A stretch of DNA of 64,000 nt from an uncultured delta proteobacterium (GTDB lineage: Bacteria; Myxococcota_A; Polyangia; Polyangiales; Polyangiaceae): contig CAWJCS010000002.1 in assembly GCA_963841435.1 (NCBI GenBank), forward strand, positions 1,024,001 to 1,088,000, in the 5' to 3' direction. This document shows positions 35,673 through 45,495 of the stretch, piece by piece. Position numbers and translations under genes: made by a program. Numbering within the stretch: the stretch's first letter is position 1; each line of letters starts with the position of its first letter. Below the pieces are notes generated by a model. The model saw only the letters and a list, made by a program, of their open reading frames with translations. It was not told where the DNA came from and made no database searches.

Positions 35673-36686
35673 ATGACGGTTTCGATCCCTCCGAGCGCGA
35701 GGCCGACCTCGAGCCCGTGCACGGTCACGGTCGCAGCCCTCGATTTCACGAACAAGACCGAAAAGACCTGTTCGTTCGCCGAGGTGAGCGCCGAGTTGGA
35801 GGCGGGCCGCTTCGTGTGGCTCGACATCGACGCCTCGGATCCCGTCGAGGCGCGCCGACTGCTCGCCGAGCTGAAGGTCATCGGTGAGGAAACCGTCAAC
35901 GACGCCCTCGGCCACGAGCCGTCGACGCAGATCGCTCGCTACGAGGACTACGTGCACGTCGTCGTGTCGGGCTGCCGGCAGCGCGGGACCAAGTTCGATC
36001 TCGAGCGTGTCGACGTCATCATCGCGGCGCAGTTCTTGGTGACGATTCATCGCGGCCCCGTGATGTTCCTCGCGTCCGTACGACGCGACTACCGTTCCGA
36101 TTTCGTGCGCTTTGCGCGCAGCCCGAGCTTTCTCGTGTACGAAGTCTGGGACCACCTGATCGACAACTACCTCTTGATTCAGAAGGTGATGGAGGAGCGC
36201 GTCGAGCAGCTCCAGAACGAGCTCAGCTCGGGGCACGTCGACGACGGCGTGTTCCAGCGCGTCTCCGAGCTCGGCGCCGATCTCCTGCATTTTCGCAAGG
36301 TGCTCTTGCCGGCCCGCGCCGTGCTCACCGACCTTTCGACGCGGCGCAGCCTGTTCATCAGTGAAGCGACTCAGCCCTTCCTGCACAACATGGTCGGGAC
36401 CCTCGAGCACGTCCTTCAGGATCTGCTCGTCGATCGCGATATCCTGTCGGAGTCGCTGAATCTCTACATGTCCGTCGTCAGCCATCGCACCAACGAAGTG
36501 ATGCGGCGCTTGACGGTCGTGAGCGTCGTCTTCTTGCCGCTCACGTTCTTGTGCGGCGTGTACGGCATGAATTTCGAGTTCTTGCCGGAACTCCACTGGC
36601 GCTACGGCTACGCGGCGTTCTGGAGCCTGGTCGCGGGGATCGTCGTCGTCCTGCTCTGGCTCTCACGGCGCGCCCAGCTTTTGTGA
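35673..36686 (+). CDS. corA: CorA family Mg2+/Co2+ transporter
   Basis: NEVMRRLT, FLPLTF..GVYGMNF and PELHW.YGY. Confidence 0.9.
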   Translation: MTVSIPPSARPTSSPCTVTVAALDFTNKTEKTCSFAEVSAELEAGRFVWLDIDASDPVEARRLLAELKVIGEETVNDALGHEPSTQIARYEDYVHVVVSGCRQRGTKFDLERVDVIIAAQFLVTIHRGPVMFLASVRRDYRSDFVRFARSPSFLVYEVWDHLIDNYLLIQKVMEERVEQLQNELSSGHVDDGVFQRVSELGADLLHFRKVLLPARAVLTDLSTRRSLFISEATQPFLHNMVGTLEHVLQDLLVDRDILSESLNLYMSVVSHRTNEVMRRLTVVSVVFLPLTFLCGVYGMNFEFLPELHWRYGYAAFWSLVAGIVVVLLWLSRRAQLL

Positions 36687-36690
36687 AGGG

Positions 36691-37581
36691 CTAGTCGAGC
36701 TTGAGCTCGAAGCCTTCGCGTGCTCCGAACAGCAGGCAGGCGCCGCCGGCGCCCTCGATCCGGCGCCGCGTCGCGGCGATCTTCTCGTTGACGAGCTCGT
36801 CGGATTGCATGGGGTCGTGGTGAAAAATGGCGCACTGCTTGACGCCCGCTTGCAGGGCGAGATCGGCGACGGTGGTCGCGCGCGCGTGGCCCCAGCCCCG
36901 CCGCTTGGGATACTCCGCGTCCGTGTATTGGCCGTCTGCAATCAACAGGTCCGCGCCCGCCACGAAGTCGACCACGGCCGCCGGCAGGCGCCGCGGCGCA
37001 TCCGGGTCGGTCTCCGCCTGCTCGGGCGATTCGAGCAACAGATCGAGCTCGCTGTCCGTTGCGTACACCACCTTCTTGCCACCGAGCTCGAACGCATAGG
37101 CGAAGCTCCGGCCGGGATGGCGCTGCTCGAGGCAGCGTACCGTGACGTCGTCGATGGCGAGCACGCCTTCGGTGAAGTGCCGCCCGTGGATACGGGCGCC
37201 GAGATCGGTGAAACCGACGGGGAAGTATTCCGATCGCATCTGGCCGTGGAGCAGCCGCTGCACGCGATCGTCGCCGGGGGCCACTTCGTAGACGAAAAGG
37301 TCGTTTTCTGGGGCGTAGGCGGGAACGAAGAACGGAAAGCCCTGGATGTGGTCCCAGTGCATGTGGCTGAAGAACAGGTGGGCTTCGAGCGGTCCCTGCT
37401 TCCGCCGCTCGAGATCCAGACCGAGCTCCCTCAGGCCCGTGCCGCCGTCGCACACGAACAAGCGATCCCCGAAGCGGATTTCGACGCAGGAAGTATTGCC
37501 GCCGTATCGTCGCGTTCGGTGCCCTGGTGTCGGTATCGAGCCGCGCGTACCCCAGAACCGGACGAACGGTCCCTGGCTCAA
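36691..37581 (-). CDS. MBL-fold metallo-hydrolase (RNase Z/phosphodiesterase-like)
   Basis: FWGTRGSIPTPG, YGGNTSC, DGGTG, HMHWDHIQGFPFF, GWGH and FHHDP. Confidence 0.9.
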   Translation of the reverse strand: MSQGPFVRFWGTRGSIPTPGHRTRRYGGNTSCVEIRFGDRLFVCDGGTGLRELGLDLERRKQGPLEAHLFFSHMHWDHIQGFPFFVPAYAPENDLFVYEVAPGDDRVQRLLHGQMRSEYFPVGFTDLGARIHGRHFTEGVLAIDDVTVRCLEQRHPGRSFAYAFELGGKKVVYATDSELDLLLESPEQAETDPDAPRRLPAAVVDFVAGADLLIADGQYTDAEYPKRRGWGHARATTVADLALQAGVKQCAIFHHDPMQSDELVNEKIAATRRRIEGAGGACLLFGAREGFELKLD

Positions 37582-37961
37582 CCGACGGCCTCGCGAAAGA
37601 CCAGCACGACGTCGCCCATCTGGAGCGTGTCGCCGTCGTGGAGCAGCGCGGAGTGCACCTTGACGCCGTTGACGTAAACGCCGTTCTGGCTGTCGAGATC
37701 GACGAGCGTGACCTCGGGGCCGCTCCGCCGCAGCGCGACGTGCCGGCGCGACAAGAGCGAGCTCTCGATGAGGATCGCAGCCTGGTTGCTGCGTCCGATC
37801 ACCGTTTCATGCGGCAAGAGGGAGAGCCTGCGCGGTGCGCCCGGTCCACGGAGCTGCTCGAGCACGGGCTCCTTGCGCAGGTGCCCGAGCGCACCAATCA
37901 CGGCAACGTTGCCTATCACGGTCGAGTCGATGTCCGGGTCCGTGTCGTTCTCGCTCGACAC
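37578..37961 (-). CDS. Stand-alone FHA domain protein
   Basis: IGRS, SRRH and DLDSQNGVYVNG. The stop overlaps the MBL hydrolase start. Confidence 0.9.
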   Translation of the reverse strand: MSSENDTDPDIDSTVIGNVAVIGALGHLRKEPVLEQLRGPGAPRRLSLLPHETVIGRSNQAAILIESSLLSRRHVALRRSGPEVTLVDLDSQNGVYVNGVKVHSALLHDGDTLQMGDVVLVFREAVG

Positions 37962-38044
37962 CCCCGCATTTTATCCGAAAAACGACCGGGCTGCGGGGCT
38001 CGTCGTGCCGGCCCGGCGCCCGGCGGGCTATACACCGGGTCCTC

Positions 38045-38422
38045 ATGCAACGACTGCTTCTGATTGCGCTCGCCGGCGCCGTGGGCACCCTCTGCCGCTA
38101 CGGTGTCACGGTCGCCGCCGAGCGTCTCGCTGGTTCGCGGTTTCCATTCGGCACGCTGAGCGTGAACTTGCTCGGTTCCCTGATGTTCGGCGTCGTCTTC
38201 ACGCTCTTTCGAGAACGGGCTCGGATCGAGCCGGGCACCGCGGCCATCATTTTGGTGGGCTTCATGGGCGCCTTCACCACCTTTTCGAGCTACGTGGCGG
38301 ACAGCGAGCGCTTGATGGCGGCCCATCGGATCGGGGCGCTGGCGCTGAATCTGGTGGTCCAGAACGCTGGGGGGATCGCCTGCTTCCTGCTTGGCGCGGG
38401 CCTCGCCCGCTTCGCGAGCTGA
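38045..38422 (+). CDS. fluC: Fluoride channel FluC/CrcB
   Basis: GA.G...RY, FPFGTL.VN..GS and GFMGAFTTFSS. Confidence 0.9.
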   Translation: MQRLLLIALAGAVGTLCRYGVTVAAERLAGSRFPFGTLSVNLLGSLMFGVVFTLFRERARIEPGTAAIILVGFMGAFTTFSSYVADSERLMAAHRIGALALNLVVQNAGGIACFLLGAGLARFAS

Positions 38423-38583
38423 GCCCCGGCAGGCGGGTGCGCGAGGCCGGGGAACGGGGGGCGATCCGAAGCGGAAAGGCCAGGGGGAAGGAGAGCGTCG
38501 CCCGGGCAAAGGGCGAAAACTCCCGAGGGGTGACGCCCCGGCTTGCTAGGGCGCCACCGCCCCGCGTATCCTCCCGCCTCCCA

Positions 38584-39168
38584 TTGAAGCAGACCGTTCC
38601 CGCCCACTGCATCTCCCGGTACCTGGTGCGTGTCCGCTTCGGTGAGACGGACCTGATGGGCATCGTCCATCACGGGACCTACATCAGCTACTTCGAGGTC
38701 GGGCGGGTCGAGTACATGCGCCGGCGCGGGCTCGACTACCACTCGTGGACCGAGCTCGGTATCCACCTTCCCGTGGTCGAGGCCTACGTTCGTTACCGGC
38801 GCACGGCACGTTTCGACGAGCTCCTGTGCATCGAGACGCGCCTCACGGAGCTCGCGCGTGTGAAGGTTCGCTTCGACTATCGCCTGCTTCGTGAGCCGGA
38901 GGGCGAAGCGGAAGGCAAGGTCGATCCGGACGACAAGGTCGTCGCGGAGGGCCACACGTTGCTCGCGTGCGTCGATCAGAACCACGTGCCTCGTCGCATT
39001 CCTGCCGAGGCCGAAGCAGTGCTTTTGGGTCCTGATCTCGATTTGCACCCGCCCATCGGCGGCGATCGGCGACCCCGCCCGGCCGCGAACGGACAGGGTC
39101 GTTCCGAGGAAGTGAACGCGCTCAAGGCATCCTCGGAGCGCTTGGTCGGGCTCGGCAACAAGTCGTGA
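38584..39168 (+). CDS. Acyl-CoA thioesterase (YbgC/4HBT family); start uncertain
   Basis: VRFGETDLMGIVHHGTY..YFE.GR.E. Confidence 0.85.
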   Translation: MKQTVPAHCISRYLVRVRFGETDLMGIVHHGTYISYFEVGRVEYMRRRGLDYHSWTELGIHLPVVEAYVRYRRTARFDELLCIETRLTELARVKVRFDYRLLREPEGEAEGKVDPDDKVVAEGHTLLACVDQNHVPRRIPAEAEAVLLGPDLDLHPPIGGDRRPRPAANGQGRSEEVNALKASSERLVGLGNKS

Positions 39169-39224
39169 GCACCGGGAGCGACCTCGGGGGTGCGTGAGCA
39201 CTTCCTCGTGTTAGGCTGAACCTC

Positions 39225-40406
39225 ATGTCGGAGCGCAAGTCCGACCCCGCCAGCGTCAGCACGTCCATCGTGGACTCGGGCTGGGAACCGGAGCCGCAAG
39301 TCGAGCGCGAGCTACCGCGCTACGACGACTCCCCGCGCGACGGGCTCGTCACGCGCGTCGACGATCAGATTCAGGCGCGGATTGCCGCGATGAATGCCCC
39401 CGAGGAGCCTCGCCCCGTGACCGACGTCACCGTGCCGAACGCGATGCGCCCCTCGGCTCTGATGGCGCCCGTCGAAGAGCGTACCCAGGTCGACCGCTCC
39501 ATGCCCTTCTCGTCGGCCCCACCCCCCTACACCACGCTCGCCGAGCCCGCGCCGTCGCTGGGCGCTGCGCTGGCCGCTCGCGTGCGGTTTCTCGGCGCAC
39601 CAGCGCCTCTCTGGGCAGCGCTCACGCCCGTTTTGTTCGTGACGGCGGTCCTTGCCGCGCTCGCGGGGGGGGTCGTTGGCAGAGTCACGTCGAGCACGCC
39701 GGCGTCGGCAACGAGCGCCCTTTCGCCGACGGCGGCGCCCGGCGAAGACCAGGCGCCGGTTCCCTCGCACTCTGCGGCCGAATCGGCGCCGGCGGCGCCG
39801 AGCGAAGCCGAGCTCGCCGCGCTCGAGAAGAAGGACCCGCGCGAGCTTGGCGCGGCGGAGGCGTTCGCCATCGCCGACGGCAAGGTCGCCCGCGGGCTCG
39901 CCGCCGTCCGCACGCTCGCCGAGCGTCTCCAGGCGGACCCGGGGCTCGGCAAGGACCCGGCCGTGCTCGAGGAGCTGATGCGTTTCACCCAGACCCCGGA
40001 AACCGCACGCGACGCCCTCGCGGCGATGGCGGCGCTGCCGGGCCCGCTGAGCGCCGACCTGCTCTACGAAGTGTGGACCGGTACTGCCGAGCGCAGCGAA
40101 ACGACGGAGCTTGCTCAGACTCTCCTGCTGGGCAAAGACGTCCGCCCCAAGGCCTCGCCCGCGCTCGCCGTGGCCCTCGACCTGCGCGAGGCCGAGAGCT
40201 GCGAGGACAACGCGAAGATCCTGCCTCGGGCCACCGAGCTCGGCGACAAACGCTCGTTCGGTCCCATCGCGCGGCTCTTCAAGCGCACTGGATGCGGCGC
40301 GGGTAAGCGTCTGGACTGCTATCCGTGTCTCCGCGAGGGCGACCAGCTCAAGAACGCGCTCATCGCGGTAAAGAAGCGACGCGAGCCCGACCTCGGGCAT
40401 CACTGA
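39225..40406 (+). CDS. Single-TM hypothetical protein with helical, Cys-containing extracytoplasmic domain
   Basis: Disordered N-terminus, TM helix, C-terminal GCG.....DCYPCLR. Confidence 0.7.
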   Translation: MSERKSDPASVSTSIVDSGWEPEPQVERELPRYDDSPRDGLVTRVDDQIQARIAAMNAPEEPRPVTDVTVPNAMRPSALMAPVEERTQVDRSMPFSSAPPPYTTLAEPAPSLGAALAARVRFLGAPAPLWAALTPVLFVTAVLAALAGGVVGRVTSSTPASATSALSPTAAPGEDQAPVPSHSAAESAPAAPSEAELAALEKKDPRELGAAEAFAIADGKVARGLAAVRTLAERLQADPGLGKDPAVLEELMRFTQTPETARDALAAMAALPGPLSADLLYEVWTGTAERSETTELAQTLLLGKDVRPKASPALAVALDLREAESCEDNAKILPRATELGDKRSFGPIARLFKRTGCGAGKRLDCYPCLREGDQLKNALIAVKKRREPDLGHH

Positions 40407-40433
40407 AGACGCGCTCGCGCCGAGGGGCTTGAA

Positions 40434-40934
40434 TCATCCCGCAGGGATCGCAGCGCCTTCTTCGGCGTGCACGCGCGGCGCCGAGGCCGCCAGCATCTCG
40501 GCGCGCTGCTTGAGCGCCTGATTCATGTACACGAACCCACGGGCGACCTGCGCCAGGTGCCGCGCAGAGAAGCGCAGCAAGAGCCCGCTGAAGTCCTCAC
40601 CCTGGACGAAGCGCGTGCGTCCCCCCGAAGCCTCCCGGCACTGAAAGAAGTGCTCGCCGTCGAGCAGCCCCTTGAGCCACGAGCGCTCGACCCAACGCAA
40701 CTCCGTCGGCGCATCGCACGCGACGAGCTCGGGCCTGAGCTCGAGGTCCGCGCCCTCGGGCGGCGACAGCGCGACGTTTAGCCTCTGACCCACGACGAGC
40801 TCCCCGCCGACCGCGGTGATGAACGGGTTCCACTCGTGATAGCGCGCAAAGTCGGTGAGCACGCGCCACACGAGCGCTGGGGACGCCTCGATCTCCACTT
40901 CCGTGCGAAGCTGCATCGCTACGTAGGCTGACAC
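40434..40934 (-). CDS. SRPBCC (START/polyketide cyclase-like) domain protein
   Basis: IEASP..VW.VLTDF..Y.EWNPFI, DGEH.F and MNQALK.RAE. Confidence 0.85.
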   Translation of the reverse strand: MSAYVAMQLRTEVEIEASPALVWRVLTDFARYHEWNPFITAVGGELVVGQRLNVALSPPEGADLELRPELVACDAPTELRWVERSWLKGLLDGEHFFQCREASGGRTRFVQGEDFSGLLLRFSARHLAQVARGFVYMNQALKQRAEMLAASAPRVHAEEGAAIPAG

Positions 40935-41111
40935 CGCGGGGCGGCGGACGTTTCAGGCTCCCGACATTTCCGCCCCCGTGCCGCAGAAGCCGCTGTTGCC
41001 GGGGCAGAAATTATGGGAAACATGACAGAAATGGTTCGGAAATGATTCGTGGCACTACGCTACAGCCTCGGCGAGGGGAGCCGAACCAAATAGACAAGTA
41101 ATTTCAAGGAA

Positions 41112-42626
41112 ATGAAGATGAAAAAGTCTGTGGTTTTGGTCCTGGCAGGGCTCGTCTTCATCTTCTCCGGCGCCGCGAGCGCGGAGGATGCCGCGCCGCC
41201 GGCGAACGTCGCGCCCGCTGCCACCGAGCCGTCTCCGGCCGCGGCCCCCCCGGCTGCGGAGCCCGCGACCGTCGCGAAGGCACCGGCCGACGCGGCGCTC
41301 GAGCAGCGCGTTGCCGATCTCGAGGCGTACGTGAACAACGCGGGGCGCGTCGATGCCGCCGCGAGCAAGGTGCCCGGTCCGGGCCCCGGTCACAACGGCT
41401 GGATGATGGTGTGTGCGGCGCTCGTCCTGTTCATGACGCTGCCGGGCCTGGCGCTCTTCTACGGCGGCATGGTCCGACAGAAGAACGTGCTCAGCGTGAT
41501 GGCGCAATGCATGGGTCTCGCCGGCATCGTGACGCTGCTCTGGTGGGCGTTCGGCTACAGCATGGCGTTTTCTTCGGGTAGCCCCGTCATGGGAAGCCTC
41601 GAGCACGCGTTCCTTGCGGGTGTCGACGGGAGCCCGAACGCCGACTACTCCCCGTGGGTCTCCGAGAGCGTCTTCTCGATGTACCAGCTCATGTTCGCGA
41701 TCATCACGCCGGCGCTGGTCGTCGGGGCCATCGCGGAACGCGTGAAGTACTCGTCGATCATGCTGTTTCTGACGCTCTGGATGGTCGTCGTGTACTTCCC
41801 GCTCGCGCACATGGTCTGGGGCGTCGATGGCCTCATGAACGGCGTGTGGAATGCGAATGCCGCCGTCAAGGCGGTCGACTTCGCAGGAGGCACCGTCGTG
41901 CACATGTCGTCCGGCTGGTCGGCGATCGTGCTCGCGCTGATCGTCGGCAAACGCAAGGGCTTTGGCACCGAGAACTTCGCGCCCCACAGCCTCGTTTTGA
42001 CCACCATCGGCACCGGCATGCTGTGGGTGGGGTGGTACGGCTTCAATGCCGGCAGCGCCGTCGCCGCCGACGCCATCGCCGCGGCGGCCTTCACGAGCAC
42101 GACGCTGGCAGCCGCCATCGGCGGCCTCAGCTGGGCGGTCGCGGAATGGGTCACGCGCGGCAAGCCGACGGTGCTCGGCTTCTGCTCGGGCATCGTGGGC
42201 GGCCTGGTCGTCATCACACCCGCCGCGGGCTTCGTGTCGCCGACTTCGGCCATCATCATCGGCGTCGTCGCGGGGTTCGTGCCGTTCTTGGCCTGCACCA
42301 AGCTGAAGACGGCGCTCGGTTACGACGACGCACTCGACACCTTCGGCGTGCACGCCGTCGGCGGGACGCTCGGAGCGTTCTTGACGGGCATCTTCGCAAG
42401 CGCCGAGGTCAACCCGAACCTCGACATCAACCTGAAGGGCATCGTGGGGAGCAGCCTCTGGCTCGAGCAGCTGAAGGCGATGGGGCTCACCCTCGTCATC
42501 AGCGTCGTCGGCACGGTTGTGCTCGGTTACCTCGTCAAGGCCGTGCTCGGCCTGCGGCCGAGCGACGAGGACGAGGAGGTCGGCCTAGACCTCACCGATC
42601 ACGGCGAGCGCGCCTACCACACCTGA
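41112..42626 (+). CDS. amtB: Ammonium transporter
   Basis: LVLFMT.PGLALFYGG, QLMFAIITPAL, DFAGGTVVH, LWVGWYGFNAGS and DDALD.FGVH. Confidence 0.97.
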   Translation: MKMKKSVVLVLAGLVFIFSGAASAEDAAPPANVAPAATEPSPAAAPPAAEPATVAKAPADAALEQRVADLEAYVNNAGRVDAAASKVPGPGPGHNGWMMVCAALVLFMTLPGLALFYGGMVRQKNVLSVMAQCMGLAGIVTLLWWAFGYSMAFSSGSPVMGSLEHAFLAGVDGSPNADYSPWVSESVFSMYQLMFAIITPALVVGAIAERVKYSSIMLFLTLWMVVVYFPLAHMVWGVDGLMNGVWNANAAVKAVDFAGGTVVHMSSGWSAIVLALIVGKRKGFGTENFAPHSLVLTTIGTGMLWVGWYGFNAGSAVAADAIAAAAFTSTTLAAAIGGLSWAVAEWVTRGKPTVLGFCSGIVGGLVVITPAAGFVSPTSAIIIGVVAGFVPFLACTKLKTALGYDDALDTFGVHAVGGTLGAFLTGIFASAEVNPNLDINLKGIVGSSLWLEQLKAMGLTLVISVVGTVVLGYLVKAVLGLRPSDEDEEVGLDLTDHGERAYHT

Positions 42627-42627
42627 C

Positions 42628-42652
42628 GCCGCTCGGCCCCGCGCCGAGCGGC
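42628..42652 (+). terminator. GC-rich hairpin immediately after amtB (no U-tract)
   Basis: GCCGCTCGGC, 5-nt loop, GCCGAGCGGC: a perfect 10-bp stem. Confidence 0.45.
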
Positions 42653-42750
42653 TCGGCCCGTGCGCATGGGTCCGGGGGGGGGGAGCCTCGGGAAACCGGG
42701 CCGGCGGCGCCCGGTTCCATCCGCAGGGAGGGCGCGCTAAGAGTGCGCCC

Positions 42751-43509
42751 ATGCGCTCTCGGTCGCTCGACCCACGCCTAGCTCGTTCCCTCGTGGGCAT
42801 CCTCTCGGGGCTGTCGCTCACCGTCGCGGGATGCGCCCAGAAGGACGCGACCAAGTGCGCCGACGCCCAAAAGGTGATGCGCCAGGCGATGGACACGGGC
42901 GACTTCGCGCTCGCCAGGCAGTGGCGCGAGTACGGCTACAAGCAATGCGACGATGCTGCGGCGCTCGCGAGCCTCGATCAGGAGCTCGTCAATCGCGAGG
43001 CAACCGTCAAGGCCGAAGCCGAGCGCGCCGCGAAGCGGAAGGCGGAGACGGCCCAGCTCGTCAAGCTGTTCGTCGATTTCGTGGCCGCGAACCGCGCCGC
43101 GCCCGAGGCCGCCTCGGCGATGCCCACTTGTGAGGAGCCGGCCGCCACCACGGGCTCGGCACCGAAGCCCGGCAAGGAGAGCAAGGAGCGCTTCTGCACG
43201 GCGACGCGCGCCGCCGGCAACTACACGCTCTCGGTCCGCTTCTGGGACGCGGATCATGCCGCGTTTCGCTTCAGCACGACGCCCGAGGATCCCGTGGATT
43301 GCGCCGCACTCGGCGGCAGCGTGGAAAAGACCTGGGGAGTGCCCGCCGTGGGCGGCAAGACGGCGGTGCGTACGCGCTGCGCGCTTTCCGGTGCGCTCGC
43401 CGGGCTCAACGCCGTCGTCACCGGCGCCGCGAGGGCGGACGCCATGATCTTCAGCCCCACGTACGTCGAGAAGGATCCGAGCGCGCGCCCGATGCTGGAA
43501 GGGCCGTGA
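42751..43509 (+). CDS. Lipoprotein, hypothetical
   Basis: Lipobox VAGC and several paired cysteines. Confidence 0.75.
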   Translation: MRSRSLDPRLARSLVGILSGLSLTVAGCAQKDATKCADAQKVMRQAMDTGDFALARQWREYGYKQCDDAAALASLDQELVNREATVKAEAERAAKRKAETAQLVKLFVDFVAANRAAPEAASAMPTCEEPAATTGSAPKPGKESKERFCTATRAAGNYTLSVRFWDADHAAFRFSTTPEDPVDCAALGGSVEKTWGVPAVGGKTAVRTRCALSGALAGLNAVVTGAARADAMIFSPTYVEKDPSARPMLEGP

Positions 43510-45473
43510 CCCAAAGCGAGGACGCCCGCACCGCGGGCCCCGACGGCCTCGACGACGGCCCGTCATCGCGGGCCATCCAGCAACGTCTCAACGATCAGCG
43601 CCAGCTCCTGGCGCGGCTGATGCACCTCGATGCGCTCACGCGTGGGGACATCCACGCGGCCCTTGCGCAAGTGAGCGAGCTTGCCGCCGAGCTTTTGCGT
43701 GTGGATCGCGCGAGCGTCTGGCGCTTCGACAAGCAGCGACTCAGCATCGAATGCCTGAACCTCTACGAGGCCGGCTCGCGGAGCCACTCCAAGGGCACGG
43801 TGATCACCGAAGAACAGGCGCCCCAATACTTCGCGGCGCTCACCCGTGAGCGCTGTATCGCCGCCTCCGACGCCAGGAGCGATCCGCGAACCAGCGAGTT
43901 TGCCGACTGGTACCTCGCCCCGCTGGGCATCGGCGCGATGCTGGACGCCCCCGTTTTCGTGCGTGGCGAGATGGTGGGCGTCGTCTGTCACGAGCACGTG
44001 GGCCCTCCACGCGAGTGGGAGTTCTGGGAGGAGCTCCTCGCGGGGACGGTGGCCGACTTCATCGCGCTCGTGACCGAGGCGTCCGATCGGTTGCGCGCCG
44101 AGCACCAGCTCGGTCTCTACCGCACGCACCTCGAGGAGCTGCGCCGCCTTCGCGCGGGCGAGGTCGCGCGGATTCGCTCGGGCCTGGCGCCGCACGTCGA
44201 GGCGCCGCCGGGTTTCGAGCCGACCGTCGCGTCGCCCGAGCTACTCGACGCATCCCCGGTCCCGCTCATCGCCATCGAGATCGGGAGCGGCATCGTCCGT
44301 TACGCGAACCCGCGCGCCGTGCACCTCTTCGAAGGCGAGCGCAGCGAGCTCGTGGGGCGGGACTCGGCACAGTTCTATGCCGACACCGTCGAGCGGGAGG
44401 CGATCGGGCGAGAGCTCGAGCAGACGGGACGCGTCGAAAACGTCGTCGTGCGGCTGAAGACGCTTTCGAGCTGGCCTTTCTGGGCGCTGCTTTCGGCGCA
44501 ACGGGTCTCGTTCGAGGGCGCGGAGGCGGCTCTCATCGCACTTTCCGACATCACGGCGCAAAAGATCGCCGAGGGCGCCGTGAGGCGCAGCGAGCAGAAC
44601 GTGCGCACGCTGTTCGCTGCGGCGCCCGTGGCGATGGCGCTCGTGCGCATCGAGGATTCGACGGTGCTCTTCGGCAACCGGCGCTGCGCCGACCTGTTCG
44701 GCTTCGACATCGACGAGCTGGTCGGTCAGAAGAGCCCCAACTATTACGTCGATCTAGAGGAGCGCGAGCGCATTCTCGGGCGAGTGCTGGGCGAGGGGCA
44801 CGTTGACAGCGAGGAGGTGCGGTTCCGGCGCCGCTCCGGAGAGGAGTTCTGGGCGCTGCTTTCGGCACGAGTGCTCGAATTCGAGGGCGCGCCCGCCTTG
44901 CTCGCCGGCATCATCGACATCACGGAGCAGAAGCGGCTCGAAGAACGCTTGCGCGACCTCGCGATGCACGACGAGCTCACGGGGCTCTACAATCGACGCC
45001 ACTTTCTCGAGCTCGCCGAAGCCGAGATCGCGCGCGTGCGGCGCACGGGCACGCCGCTCAGCCTCTCGATGCTGGATATCGACCACTTCAAGCGCGTCAA
45101 CGATTTCTTCGGTCACGCGGTCGGCGATCTGGCGCTCAAGCAGCTCGCGACCGTCATGCGCGAGACGCTCAGAGCCTCCGACGTGCCGGCGCGGATTGGC
45201 GGCGAGGAGTTCGTGATCTTGCTCACCGACACCTCGCTCGAGGGTGCGCGGCGGATGACCGAGCGCTTGCGCGAGCGCGTGGGGCGCGCCGAGGTTCCCG
45301 CGGGGCACGACCGCGCCGCGCGCTTCACGATCAGCGCGGGGGTTGCGGAGCTATCGCCCGGGGAGCCGTTCGAGGCGTTGCTCGCGAGGGCAGACCAGGC
45401 CCTCTATAGCGCCAAGAGCGCGGGCCGGAATCGGACGGTTTCGTCGCTGCCGCCCGCTCCGTCCTCGGGGTGA
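43506..45473 (+). CDS. Diguanylate cyclase GAF-PAS-PAS-GGDEF
   Basis: GAF pattern (MLDAPV..RGEMVGVVCHEH), two PAS/PAC units (DIT..K), DELTGLYNRR, DIDHFK.VND, RxxD I-site (RASD) and GGEEF. Confidence 0.95.
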   Translation: MTQSEDARTAGPDGLDDGPSSRAIQQRLNDQRQLLARLMHLDALTRGDIHAALAQVSELAAELLRVDRASVWRFDKQRLSIECLNLYEAGSRSHSKGTVITEEQAPQYFAALTRERCIAASDARSDPRTSEFADWYLAPLGIGAMLDAPVFVRGEMVGVVCHEHVGPPREWEFWEELLAGTVADFIALVTEASDRLRAEHQLGLYRTHLEELRRLRAGEVARIRSGLAPHVEAPPGFEPTVASPELLDASPVPLIAIEIGSGIVRYANPRAVHLFEGERSELVGRDSAQFYADTVEREAIGRELEQTGRVENVVVRLKTLSSWPFWALLSAQRVSFEGAEAALIALSDITAQKIAEGAVRRSEQNVRTLFAAAPVAMALVRIEDSTVLFGNRRCADLFGFDIDELVGQKSPNYYVDLEERERILGRVLGEGHVDSEEVRFRRRSGEEFWALLSARVLEFEGAPALLAGIIDITEQKRLEERLRDLAMHDELTGLYNRRHFLELAEAEIARVRRTGTPLSLSMLDIDHFKRVNDFFGHAVGDLALKQLATVMRETLRASDVPARIGGEEFVILLTDTSLEGARRMTERLRERVGRAEVPAGHDRAARFTISAGVAELSPGEPFEALLARADQALYSAKSAGRNRTVSSLPPAPSSG

Positions 45474-45495
45474 GCGCGCCGAGCCCGGGCCGGGC

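Noticed and set aside
37962-38044. Fluoride riboswitch upstream of fluC
   Set aside because: The gap is short, I could not find the GGCGATGG...CGCC / TGATG-type core, and the space is occupied by divergent promoter-like elements.
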